Source: an uncultured Candidatus Micrarchaeota archaeon
GTDB lineage: Archaea > Micrarchaeota > Micrarchaeia > Micrarchaeales > Micrarchaeaceae
NCBI GenBank assembly: GCA_963741095.1
Contig: CAVUGN010000005.1
Coordinates: forward strand, 142,711-206,710
Length of the DNA stretch: 64,000 nucleotides
Direction: 5' to 3'
The notes below the pieces were generated by a model. It was not told the DNA's origin. It saw only the letters and a program-made list of their open reading frames with translations, and made no database searches. Every line of letters begins with the position of its first letter. Position 1 is the first letter of the stretch. Positions 51,678 to 60,132 of this stretch are shown in pieces. A program made the translations under genes and the position numbers.

Positions 51678-52208
51678 TCAGATCTCGTGCACCAGGTCAT
51701 CGAGGGTCCTTCGCGGCGTCGCGTCGGGACGCTCTGCCGGGTAACCTATTGGGATGATCGCTATGGGTATCAGCTCCTCCTTCCAGTTTATCACCTCCAA
51801 TACCTTCTCGGTGTTGAAAGGGCCCAGCCAAACCGTTGCAAGGCCGAGGGCGGTCGCGGCAAGCTGGCAGTAGGAAGCAGCGATCGCCGCGTCCTCTATC
51901 GCCAGCAGCCGCATGTCGTCTCCCGATATGGGGCTTGCCAATGAAGAGTTGCGCATGTTTTCAGGATGCGCGCAGAAAACGAGTATGATGGGCGCATTGA
52001 CAGCATAATCCTTCCCAGGGATGGCTGTGGCTAATGCCCTTTTCGATTCCTCCGTGCTCGCGATGAATATCTCGTAGGATTGGCGGTTGCGGGCCGAGGG
52101 CGCCATGTCTATGGTCTCGAGAAGTCGCTCGAGCTTTTTGGCATCCACGGGCTTATCGCGGTACAGCCTCGTTGAGCGCCTCTTCTCGACCGCAGCGAAG
52201 AAATCCAT
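51678..52208 (-). CDS. nitroreductase family protein
   Basis: RRSTRLY, APSARNRQ, LAATALGLATVW, IPIGYP. Confidence 0.93.
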   Translation of the reverse strand: MDFFAAVEKRRSTRLYRDKPVDAKKLERLLETIDMAPSARNRQSYEIFIASTEESKRALATAIPGKDYAVNAPIILVFCAHPENMRNSSLASPISGDDMRLLAIEDAAIAASYCQLAATALGLATVWLGPFNTEKVLEVINWKEELIPIAIIPIGYPAERPDATPRRTLDDLVHEI

Positions 52209-52292
52209 GATGGTTTATGGCAACTCGGATTTTTAAGTTTTGCGTAGGATGGAGCTACCGCTGGATCTCAATCTCAAAGTAGGATTATGCGC

Positions 52293-52775
52293 TTATGGAG
52301 CAGGGGTTTCTGCGGGCGCAGCGGCCTTCTTCTTCCGCCCCATGCCCGGCGCCTTCGGCGGCTTCAGGCCTGGAAATATCTTTGCCATCGTCGCCGGGTT
52401 TATGCCCGTGTCATAGCCCAGATTCGTTATGGTCTTGCTTAACAGGTAGACTTCGGCCAGTGGAGTCAGCGCCTTGTTGTCGCACGAGCTTTCTATGACG
52501 CTCTTGGTTTCGCTGCCGCTCAATGATTCGATTGCCTTGCCGAGCGTTGCGTAGCTCTTCCTTGCCCCGGCGGTCAGCTTGCCAGCGTACTCGTCGAGGA
52601 CGTTTATCTTTATGCCCAGCATCGGGTAGGATTTGTTCTCTATCAGGGCCCTCACGCCTGCCATGTGCATGACGACCTCTTCCGGCCTGGTGTCGGCCCT
52701 TATGCCCAGTCTCCTTATCGCTATCCAGTCCTTGTACTTCGCCATGAAGTCTATGTACTCTTCTGGCTCGTCCAA
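52293..52775 (-). CDS. DUF2666-like archaeal protein
   Basis: IDFMAKYKDWIAIRRL resembles the DUF2666 N-terminus (from memory). Start probably TTG 52775. Confidence 0.6.
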   Translation of the reverse strand: MDEPEEYIDFMAKYKDWIAIRRLGIRADTRPEEVVMHMAGVRALIENKSYPMLGIKINVLDEYAGKLTAGARKSYATLGKAIESLSGSETKSVIESSCDNKALTPLAEVYLLSKTITNLGYDTGINPATMAKIFPGLKPPKAPGMGRKKKAAAPAETPAP

Positions 52776-52779
52776 GAGA

Positions 52780-52998
52780 TCACGCCTTGATAACGTAGTA
52801 GCCTGCGGCCTTTTCGCGGGCAACCCTCTTGATTATGCCCTTCTGGACCAGCGTGACAAGCGAGTTTGTTACAAGCCCCTTCGGCCTGTTGGACTTCTTC
52901 GTTATGTCGTCAGCAGTCTTTATGCTGGTGTCCTTCGTAGCGCCAAGCTCTTCCATGGCCTTGACAATTATCTGCTCTATTGGTGTAAGTTCTACCAT
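52780..52998 (-). CDS. small winged-helix protein
   Basis: 72 aa from MVELTPIEQ; TADDITKKS...LVTLVQKGIIKR. Confidence 0.75.
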   Translation of the reverse strand: MVELTPIEQIIVKAMEELGATKDTSIKTADDITKKSNRPKGLVTNSLVTLVQKGIIKRVAREKAAGYYVIKA

Positions 52999-53027
52999 TA
53001 TTTCACCGATGATCACAAACTCGTGCA

Positions 53028-53180
53028 TTACTTCTTGGTCTTGATCTCCTTTCGCTTCGGCCTCAGGTATCGGTAGCCGCACTTCCTGCACTTCTCGGCT
53101 CCGGCCTTGTTCCTGGACTTGCACTTCTTGCATATCCAGATCTTGGATATCTCTGCGTCCGCTATTGGAAATTTACCCAT
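53028..53180 (-). CDS. rpl40e: 50S ribosomal protein L40e
   Basis: ICKKCKSRN...AEKCRKCGYRYLRPK. Confidence 0.93.
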   Translation of the reverse strand: MGKFPIADAEISKIWICKKCKSRNKAGAEKCRKCGYRYLRPKRKEIKTKK

Positions 53181-53225
53181 TAAAATACACGATGTTTGTC
53201 TCTTTATTTCGGGGTGTTGCTGCAA

Positions 53226-53519
53226 TTACCTCCTGGTCAGGTCGGACACCTCTGCGCTTGCAGAGCTTTCCGGCGCCCTCATGTTCTGGCCCGAAGCGGA
53301 TATCAAAACGACGTCCCCTATGTTCTTTATGTTCCTGAAAAGTATGCTCTTCTGTTGGAGTATCTTCTTCGCCTCGTCGCGGTCTACGCTCTTCCATTCC
53401 TCCATGAGAAGCCTGCTGACTTCGCCCCTTTCAAGGTCGATTATCGCATCGCGCACTTCGCCGAGATACTGGCCCGCATCACTGTAGATGTCCATGTTGT
53501 AAATGTCTGATATCTTCAT
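53226..53519 (-). CDS. PRC-barrel domain protein (CdpB-like)
   Basis: DIYSDAGQYLGEVRDAIID...IKNIGDVVLI. Confidence 0.85.
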   Translation of the reverse strand: MKISDIYNMDIYSDAGQYLGEVRDAIIDLERGEVSRLLMEEWKSVDRDEAKKILQQKSILFRNIKNIGDVVLISASGQNMRAPESSASAEVSDLTRR

Positions 53520-53772
53520 CTGAGCACCTCCCTAGTAATAGTGATACATATTTTAAATACCTTTTGCATGACGTGTGGCCGTCTGATATCATGAAATTGG
53601 CCGTTTTTGCCAGGTTTTTGGCTTTGGAAAGGGATCTTGTGATTGCTGTTGAGGGAGATTTGCCAAATATATATACTTGGTGCTTGCCCGTTTTGCAGCA
53701 AACGTTTTAGGGGCGTAACGACCGCACAGCGATAGGAATAAAAATAGAACGCACCCATCTCTATTGGTAAGT

Positions 53773-54432
53773 ATGGATAGAGAACGCGTCGTCAGAAGTA
53801 CTGCTGATTTTGTAAGGAAAAAGCTTGAAGGCGAAGGAACGGGCCACGATTGGTGGCACGCACACCGTGTCCATGAGACAGCGATGACCATCGCCAAGGG
53901 CGAGAAGGGCACAGACCTTTACGTGGTGCAGCTCGCCTCGCTGCTGCACGACATAGCGGACCACAAATTCACCGAGGATGACAAGGCTGGCCAGAAGATG
54001 GCCGAAGCGTTCCTCAAGAAGCAAGGAGTGGACGGCAAGACCATTGCGCATGTTTCTTACATAATAGGCAACATCTCGTACAGCGGTTCTTCGGGCAAAA
54101 CAAAGCTCAACACAAAGGAAGCGATGATAGTGCAGGATGCTGACAGGCTGGACGCGATGGGCGCGATAGGCATCGCAAGAGCCTTCGCTTATGGGGGTTA
54201 TGCCGGAAGGACTCTCCACAACCCGGTAACGCCTAACGATTACGGCTCTTTCGAGGAGTACAAGAAGGCGAACGCGCTTGGCGCGACCACGATAAACCAC
54301 TTCTATGAGAAGCTGTTGCTCCTGAAGAGCAAGATGAACACCGATACGGGAAGGAAGATCGCCGCGGACAGGCACACTTTCATGGAGGACTATCTGGACC
54401 AGTTCTACGCAGAGTGGGACGGGAAAAGATGA
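53773..54432 (+). CDS. HD domain phosphohydrolase
   Basis: GHDWWHAHRV, LLHD, VQDADRLDAMGAIGIAR, HFYEKLL. Confidence 0.93.
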   Translation: MDRERVVRSTADFVRKKLEGEGTGHDWWHAHRVHETAMTIAKGEKGTDLYVVQLASLLHDIADHKFTEDDKAGQKMAEAFLKKQGVDGKTIAHVSYIIGNISYSGSSGKTKLNTKEAMIVQDADRLDAMGAIGIARAFAYGGYAGRTLHNPVTPNDYGSFEEYKKANALGATTINHFYEKLLLLKSKMNTDTGRKIAADRHTFMEDYLDQFYAEWDGKR

Positions 54433-54471
54433 ATTGATTTAGTCTTACTTCCGCTTGCTTGTTCGGCGCAT

Positions 54472-54858
54472 TCAATTTTTATTCAGAATCTTGTCGCGCA
54501 TCTGGATTAAGCGTTCTTCCGTTTCTTTTTTGCCCTCTACTGTGATTCTTTGGTCCGTGGGGTACAGTTTAGCGTGAAGATGATTTACGCTTGTCCCGGC
54601 AAATATCAATTGGATCTTATCAGCATCGAGCTTCCTTTTCAGTGTTTTTGCGACTTTTTTTGCAACAAGCACCATCTCTGTTAGACCGTCGTCATCGAGC
54701 ATGAAAACGTTGCTGTCCTTGTGCTCTTTCGTCAATAGGATCACTTGGCCTTCTACCGCAGGAAACGTGTCGAGGATTGCCAGGTAATCCTGATCTTCAT
54801 ACACCTTGTAACTCCGTATCTTTGCTTCTATTATTTTGCAGAATATGCAATCCTCCAT
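54472..54858 (-). CDS. HIT family protein
   Basis: MEDCIFCKII, VYED, NHLHAK (variant triad). Confidence 0.88.
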   Translation of the reverse strand: MEDCIFCKIIEAKIRSYKVYEDQDYLAILDTFPAVEGQVILLTKEHKDSNVFMLDDDGLTEMVLVAKKVAKTLKRKLDADKIQLIFAGTSVNHLHAKLYPTDQRITVEGKKETEERLIQMRDKILNKN

Positions 54859-54868
54859 AGCATAACCG

Positions 54869-54941
54869 TGCGATTGCCGGGATTTGAACCCGGGTTGCAG
54901 ACTTGGCAAGCCTGCGTCCTACCAGACTAGACTACAATCGC
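54869..54941 (-). tRNA. tRNA-Gly(GCC)
   Basis: GCGATTGTAGTCTAGTCTGGTAGGAC-GCAGGC-TTGCCAA-GTCTG...GGTTCAAATCCCGGCAATCGCA. Confidence 0.95.
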
Positions 54942-55005
54942 ATGTACATGGAGTATTGATAGTTAATAATTAAATAAGTAATCGCCAGGGCTGCTGCGCC
55001 CATGT

Positions 55006-55443
55006 TTATACGTCGACCACTACCCTGGAGGTGACCTTGCCGTTTTTCTTCTCTATCTTCAGGTCGTACATGGAAACGCCCTTTATCTCGAGCTTTGAAT
55101 CCTTGTCCGTCCTGCTCTTTGCGAGCACATTGGCGGCAAGCGCGTATCCCTTCGCGGTTTTTACCGTCTTGAGTTTCGTCACTTTGTATGCGAAAAGGCT
55201 CTCCGAGTCCATTATCGATATCGCATCCTGCAGCGCGTAGCACAGCAGTTCCTCCTCGGATCTGGCCTTCACCTTCAGCGCGAACCGTTGCGTTTTTGTT
55301 TTCTCCTCGGAGACCTTCTTCGTGTACGCGATCGTCTCGAAGAGAGCCATGAGCGCGTTCTTGAACGATATCTCAAGCGTGCTGCCGTAGGCTAGGAACT
55401 CGACGTCCGCAGTGTGCCCCATGTACCGATAGCCTTTTGCCAT
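55006..55443 (-). CDS. archease
   Basis: YRYMGHTADV, EIKGVSM, C-terminal VVDV. Confidence 0.93.
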   Translation of the reverse strand: MAKGYRYMGHTADVEFLAYGSTLEISFKNALMALFETIAYTKKVSEEKTKTQRFALKVKARSEEELLCYALQDAISIMDSESLFAYKVTKLKTVKTAKGYALAANVLAKSRTDKDSKLEIKGVSMYDLKIEKKNGKVTSRVVVDV

Positions 55444-55502
55444 TAGAAACGCTATAATGAATTCGAATGGGGTATTTTATACCTTATGTGCCCAAGAGTA
55501 TT

Positions 55503-55560
55503 GTCCTGTGAAGAGAAGAGTAACTACTGACTTGTGATGAAGTCCATTTCGGCTGAGGAC
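55503..55560 (+). ncRNA. C/D box methylation guide sRNA
   Basis: Terminal stem GTCC/GGAC; C GTGAAGA, 12-nt guide, D' CTGA, C' GTGATGA, 12-nt guide, D CTGA; TTTTATA box ~25 nt upstream. Confidence 0.85.
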
Positions 55561-55576
55561 TCAATGTTTTGGTTGC

Positions 55577-57121
55577 ATGGATGGCAAAAAAACCAAGATG
55601 CTTGGCATAGCGGTGATTATAGCCGCGTTCCTTCTGGGATCCATCAATTCCATAATGGCCACTAACCCCAGCATCACGGACACGGATCCGAGCACGTACA
55701 TCATAGTCGTCATGCTGATGCTCTTTTTCCTCATAGCCGCGTCCGCGAAAGAGGACCTGAAATTCGAATTCAACAAGAAGAGCATGCTATACGGCACAGC
55801 CATCTTCTTGATTTACATCCTGCTCCTGTCCTATTCGAGAGTCGGATTGTCGACAACATTCCAGTCGTACAGGATCGACGCGCTGCTGTTTGTGGTGCTG
55901 CTGGCATCGCTGATAACGCTGGTGTTCGGCCTTGGCGGGATGAGGAAGATGAAACAGGTGCTGATCTACGCGCTGTTTGCCTCTCCGATATTGCTGCTCC
56001 CGATATTGTCGTTGAACGGGGCTTTCGCGGGCCTCAACGCGGAGCTCGTCTATGAGGTGATACGCACCGTGGGAGTGCCGGTAGTGAAAAGCGGCCTGGT
56101 GATATCTGCGCCCTCGCTCAGCAGCATAACCATATCGACAACCTGCGCCTCGATAGGCACGTTCATCGCGCTCGTGATGTTCCTTGTGCCGGTAGCATAC
56201 CTGTACGAAGGCAAATTGAAGGCGAAGGCACTGTGGGTATCGTCCGGTTTGGGATTGATGCTCGTGTTCAATGTGGTGCGCATGTCATCGATATCGCTGG
56301 TGTGGGCCTATTACGGGATAGGCAGGGCGATAAGCCTGTTCCACGCTTTCGCAGGCCAGCTTCTTTTCTATGCTGCGATAATAATCATGCTGCTGATCGC
56401 CGGCAGGTACGGGATGAAGATCGGCGAGGGCAAGAAGAAGACAGGCAGAAGAGGCGGCGGAAAACTGGACCGAAGACTGGTGATACCCTCGGCGATTGCA
56501 ATCGTTTTCGGGCTCGTGGTCTTTGCGCTATCGATGCAGTACAGCAGCGCGGTGTACGCACCGGCGATGTTCTTCGGGAACACGTCCATAAGCGGGCAGC
56601 TCACATACCGGAACATGGTCCAGAGCCTGGAGCCGGCACACGCGAACATCACCGAACTCGGAGGGAATTTCATGGGTGTGCTCTTCGCGATCACGCAGGA
56701 CAAGAACAGCACAAACAATGTCACGTACGTGATCGCCACGCAGCTTGCGAGCGATTACCGTGGCGGGGTGTTGGCGAACTATTCTGCGATAAGCAACACA
56801 AGCGCGTACACGCTCAGGAACGGAGTGACCATCAATAGCGGAGTCATCCTGTCAGGGGGGCAGAATTTCTACGTGAACTACTTCGCCATGCCCTACAACT
56901 ACAGCGGCGAATACGCAACGATAAACTACATGATGTTCAAGAGGATGACCAATTCCAGCACGTCCATGTGCCAGATCAACGACTACGTGCACCTGGGACT
57001 CGCAGGTTACGTGGAGTCGGTGATATACAACGCCATGAGGCTGCAATTCAGCAGGGGAAACGGCGCCCTTGAGTGCTACAGCTATTACATTGCCGGACAA
57101 AAATATCCGTTGGTTGCGTGA
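55577..57121 (+). CDS. exosortase/archaeosortase family protein with C-terminal extracellular domain
   Basis: Multi-TM with Cys (ISTTCAS), Arg (FNVVR) and His (LFHAFAG) in exosortase spacing. Confidence 0.8.
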   Translation: MDGKKTKMLGIAVIIAAFLLGSINSIMATNPSITDTDPSTYIIVVMLMLFFLIAASAKEDLKFEFNKKSMLYGTAIFLIYILLLSYSRVGLSTTFQSYRIDALLFVVLLASLITLVFGLGGMRKMKQVLIYALFASPILLLPILSLNGAFAGLNAELVYEVIRTVGVPVVKSGLVISAPSLSSITISTTCASIGTFIALVMFLVPVAYLYEGKLKAKALWVSSGLGLMLVFNVVRMSSISLVWAYYGIGRAISLFHAFAGQLLFYAAIIIMLLIAGRYGMKIGEGKKKTGRRGGGKLDRRLVIPSAIAIVFGLVVFALSMQYSSAVYAPAMFFGNTSISGQLTYRNMVQSLEPAHANITELGGNFMGVLFAITQDKNSTNNVTYVIATQLASDYRGGVLANYSAISNTSAYTLRNGVTINSGVILSGGQNFYVNYFAMPYNYSGEYATINYMMFKRMTNSSTSMCQINDYVHLGLAGYVESVIYNAMRLQFSRGNGALECYSYYIAGQKYPLVA

Positions 57122-58086
57122 GATTCGAATACAGCGCAGGTGCGGCCATATACTCCTACAGGAATGGAAGGAGACTCTTCCTTTTCCTCGTGAGGGAGGA
57201 TGGGAAACTGGACCTGCCGAAGGGAAAGATCGAGAAGGGAGAAAGCGCGAATGAAGCCGCGCTGAGGGAGATAAAGGAGGAGAGCGGGCTTGACGTGAGA
57301 TTTGATACGGCGTTCAAGCACGGCGTTGATTACTGGTACACGCTCAGGAACGAAAGGGTGAAGAAGCACGTCACGATGTTCCTTGCGGAGGTCGGCAGCA
57401 ACGCAAAGGTCAAGATCTCGTGGGAGCACAGGGGTCATGAATGGCTTGACTACAAATCCGCGATGGACAAACTGTCCTACGAGCAGTGGAAGATCCTGAT
57501 TGAAAGGGCGAACGATTACATAGACAAAAAAGAGATGATGGAACAGCTGAATGAGGAGTACGGGAGATTGCCGGACAGGAACAAGAATTGGTCGCTTAGC
57601 AGGAGATTGGTGAAGGGCGAGGGCTCGCTTGACGCCGCGGTCATGTTCGTGGGCCAGGCGCCAGGAGCCAACGAGGAGAAGGAGGGAAGGCCGTTCATAG
57701 GAATCAGCGGCAGGCTACTCGACAGGCTGATTGCGAGCGCGGGATTGAAGAGAGGCTCGTGCTACATAACGAGCGTGGTGCAGTTCTTCCCCCCGAAGAA
57801 CAGGATACCCACCGACGATGAGATAGGGCTTTGCAAGAATTTCCTTTTCGAGCAGATCGAGATAATAAAACCGAGAATAGTCGTGCTGCTGGGTTCTGTT
57901 GCTGCAAGGACGGTGATCGACGCAGAGGAGATAATGAAAAAACACGGGACGTGCATGAAAAAAGGTAAGGTCGTCTATTTTCTGTCGCTGCATCCTGCTG
58001 CTGCCGTCAGGCTCAAGAAAAACGTGCCCGTTATGGAGAAAGATTTCAAGAAGCTGAAAGAGCTTGTGAAGAGAGTTATTCCTTGA
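57118..58086 (+). CDS. Nudix hydrolase - uracil-DNA glycosylase (family 4-like) fusion
   Basis: Nudix box GKIEKGESANEAALREIKEESG; UDG motifs GEGSLDA..MFVGQAPG..E...GRPFIG and HPAA. GTG start overlaps the upstream stop. Confidence 0.88.
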   Translation: MRFEYSAGAAIYSYRNGRRLFLFLVREDGKLDLPKGKIEKGESANEAALREIKEESGLDVRFDTAFKHGVDYWYTLRNERVKKHVTMFLAEVGSNAKVKISWEHRGHEWLDYKSAMDKLSYEQWKILIERANDYIDKKEMMEQLNEEYGRLPDRNKNWSLSRRLVKGEGSLDAAVMFVGQAPGANEEKEGRPFIGISGRLLDRLIASAGLKRGSCYITSVVQFFPPKNRIPTDDEIGLCKNFLFEQIEIIKPRIVVLLGSVAARTVIDAEEIMKKHGTCMKKGKVVYFLSLHPAAAVRLKKNVPVMEKDFKKLKELVKRVIP

Positions 58087-59503
58087 GCCTCTTCTCCATC
58101 GGGAAGAGTATCACTTCTTTTATCGAGGGCTTGTCCGTGAGCAGCATCACCAATCGGTCCACCCCGAGGCCCAGTCCCCCTGTCGGGGGCATGCCGTGCT
58201 CCATCGCCTCGACGAAATCAAGATCGAGGGGCTCTGCCTCCTTGTCGCCTTCCTTCGCCTTCTTTGTCTCGTATTCGAAATTCTCTCTTTGTATGATCGG
58301 GTTGTTGAGCTCGGAATAGCAGTTCGCGAGCTCCATGCCGCCCGCGTAGAATTCGAATCGTTCGGTGAGAGCAGGATTGCCCCTCTTCGGGCGTGTCAGC
58401 GGCGATGATTCCCTCGGATAGTCGACCACGAAGGTCGGCTGCATGAGGCCGGGCTTGACGAAGAAGTCGAAGAGCTTGTCGTAGGCGTACGCCTTCGTGC
58501 GCTTGCCCTTCTCGAACTTTATGCCCTTGCCCTCCGCGAACTTCACCAGATCGGCTTCGGGCATCTTCACCACGTCGATGCCTGCTCCCTTGCTTATGCT
58601 GTCGAGGTAGTCCATCCTCTTGAACGTCTTGAAGCTTATGACGGTGTTCTGGTAGGTTATTTCGGTCGAGTTGAAGATGCTCTTCGTGACGTACTGCAGC
58701 AATCCCTCAAGGAGCGTCATCATCTCGTTGTAATCAGCGTAGGCCTGGTACCATTCTATTATCGTGAACTCCGGGCTGTGGGTGCTGTCTATGTCCTCAT
58801 TCCTGAAGGCCTTGTATATCTCGTAGACCTTCTCGAAGCCGCCTATTATCAGCCTCTTCAGGTAGAGCTCGTCCGCTATGCGCAGGTAGTGCTCCTCCTT
58901 GAGCGTGTTGACGAAGACCTTGAACGGCTCGGCGTCGGCGCCGCCGTATAGCGGCTGTATGGTCGGCGTCTCGAACTCCAGGAAGCCGCGCTCGTCCAGG
59001 AATTTTCTTATCAGCGAGAGCGTCATGCTTCGCTTCCTGAACACCTCCTTTATCTCGGGATTCATTATCAGGTCAAGATGCCTCTGCCGGTACCGGGTCT
59101 CAACGTCCTGGAGGCCGTGCCATTTGTCCGGCAGGTTCCGCATCGCCTTCGAAAGCAGCGAGTATTCCTTGACCTTTATGCTGACCTCTCCGGCCTTGGT
59201 CTTGAAGACCTCGCCCTTGACGCCGATTATGTCTCCCGCATTGAACTTCTTTGCGCTGTCGAATTTCTCAGCTCCCAGTGTGGAATAATCGAAGTATGCC
59301 TGTATCTTGCCGACTCCATCGAGAAGGTCCGCGAAGAGCAGCTTGCCGGATTTCCTGACTCCGGTTATGCGGCCTGCGACGGAAACCGGCTTGCCCTCAA
59401 AACGCCCGTAATTCTCCTTTATCTCCTTGGAATTGTTTGACGCGTCGTACGAATAGGGCAGGCTTGAAAGAAGATTGCTCAACTCGCTGTTGCTCTCGGG
59501 CAT
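58076..59503 (-). CDS. lysS: lysine--tRNA ligase, class II
   Basis: OB fold, RYRQRHLDLI, FRNEDIDSTHSPEF, GMPPTGGLGLGVDRL. Confidence 0.97.
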   Translation of the reverse strand: MPESNSELSNLLSSLPYSYDASNNSKEIKENYGRFEGKPVSVAGRITGVRKSGKLLFADLLDGVGKIQAYFDYSTLGAEKFDSAKKFNAGDIIGVKGEVFKTKAGEVSIKVKEYSLLSKAMRNLPDKWHGLQDVETRYRQRHLDLIMNPEIKEVFRKRSMTLSLIRKFLDERGFLEFETPTIQPLYGGADAEPFKVFVNTLKEEHYLRIADELYLKRLIIGGFEKVYEIYKAFRNEDIDSTHSPEFTIIEWYQAYADYNEMMTLLEGLLQYVTKSIFNSTEITYQNTVISFKTFKRMDYLDSISKGAGIDVVKMPEADLVKFAEGKGIKFEKGKRTKAYAYDKLFDFFVKPGLMQPTFVVDYPRESSPLTRPKRGNPALTERFEFYAGGMELANCYSELNNPIIQRENFEYETKKAKEGDKEAEPLDLDFVEAMEHGMPPTGGLGLGVDRLVMLLTDKPSIKEVILFPMEKRLKE

Positions 59504-60132
59504 TTGAACAGTATAGGATAAGCCGGAAAAGTATAAATAAAGCTTCTATGAATTGATGGCTTCGAAAAAGACAGGATTGATGCGGGCGTGGTTCAGTCGA
59601 CGTCGGAAGAGCCATGCCTTGTGGGCCACTCGTTCAGATGATCCACGTTCTCTGATCCCCTTCTGCTCACAGAATCAAACCAGGGGGTCCGGTGCTCTGT
59701 CGAGCTTATGCGCTCCTGTGGTTCGCTATCGCGCCGAAGCAGATTGTAGGTGGATGACTCGATGGAAGGAGAAGTTGCCTTTACGTTCCCTGCAGGAGTC
59801 TTGGACATGAGTTCACTTTAAAATGGTGGGTGTTGGGTGGAGCAGTGGGCTAAAAGAGAGAATGAAATAGACTATAAGTCTAGTTCCGTTCTGGCTGCCT
59901 TCTAGTGGGTGGTAAGAATGGTTGAAAACAGCATTTTTTGTGCCCACAAAACTCCACCGCAATAATACTATGAAGGGGGTTGTATATATGGGTAACGGGT
60001 ATTTCGACGTCATGTCGGCGGTTGCAGCAACAAAAAAAGACGCATATTCAGATAATATGGCTATTATGCTATGTTGTATAGGCCGTAGATTCACACAAAT
60101 ATATTTATATTTATAGTTGTATATATAGGAGT

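Noticed and set aside
59560-59820. RNase P RNA, SRP RNA or lysine riboswitch
   Set aside because: Conserved signatures (GAGGAAAGUCC, SRP helix 8) were not found on either strand.
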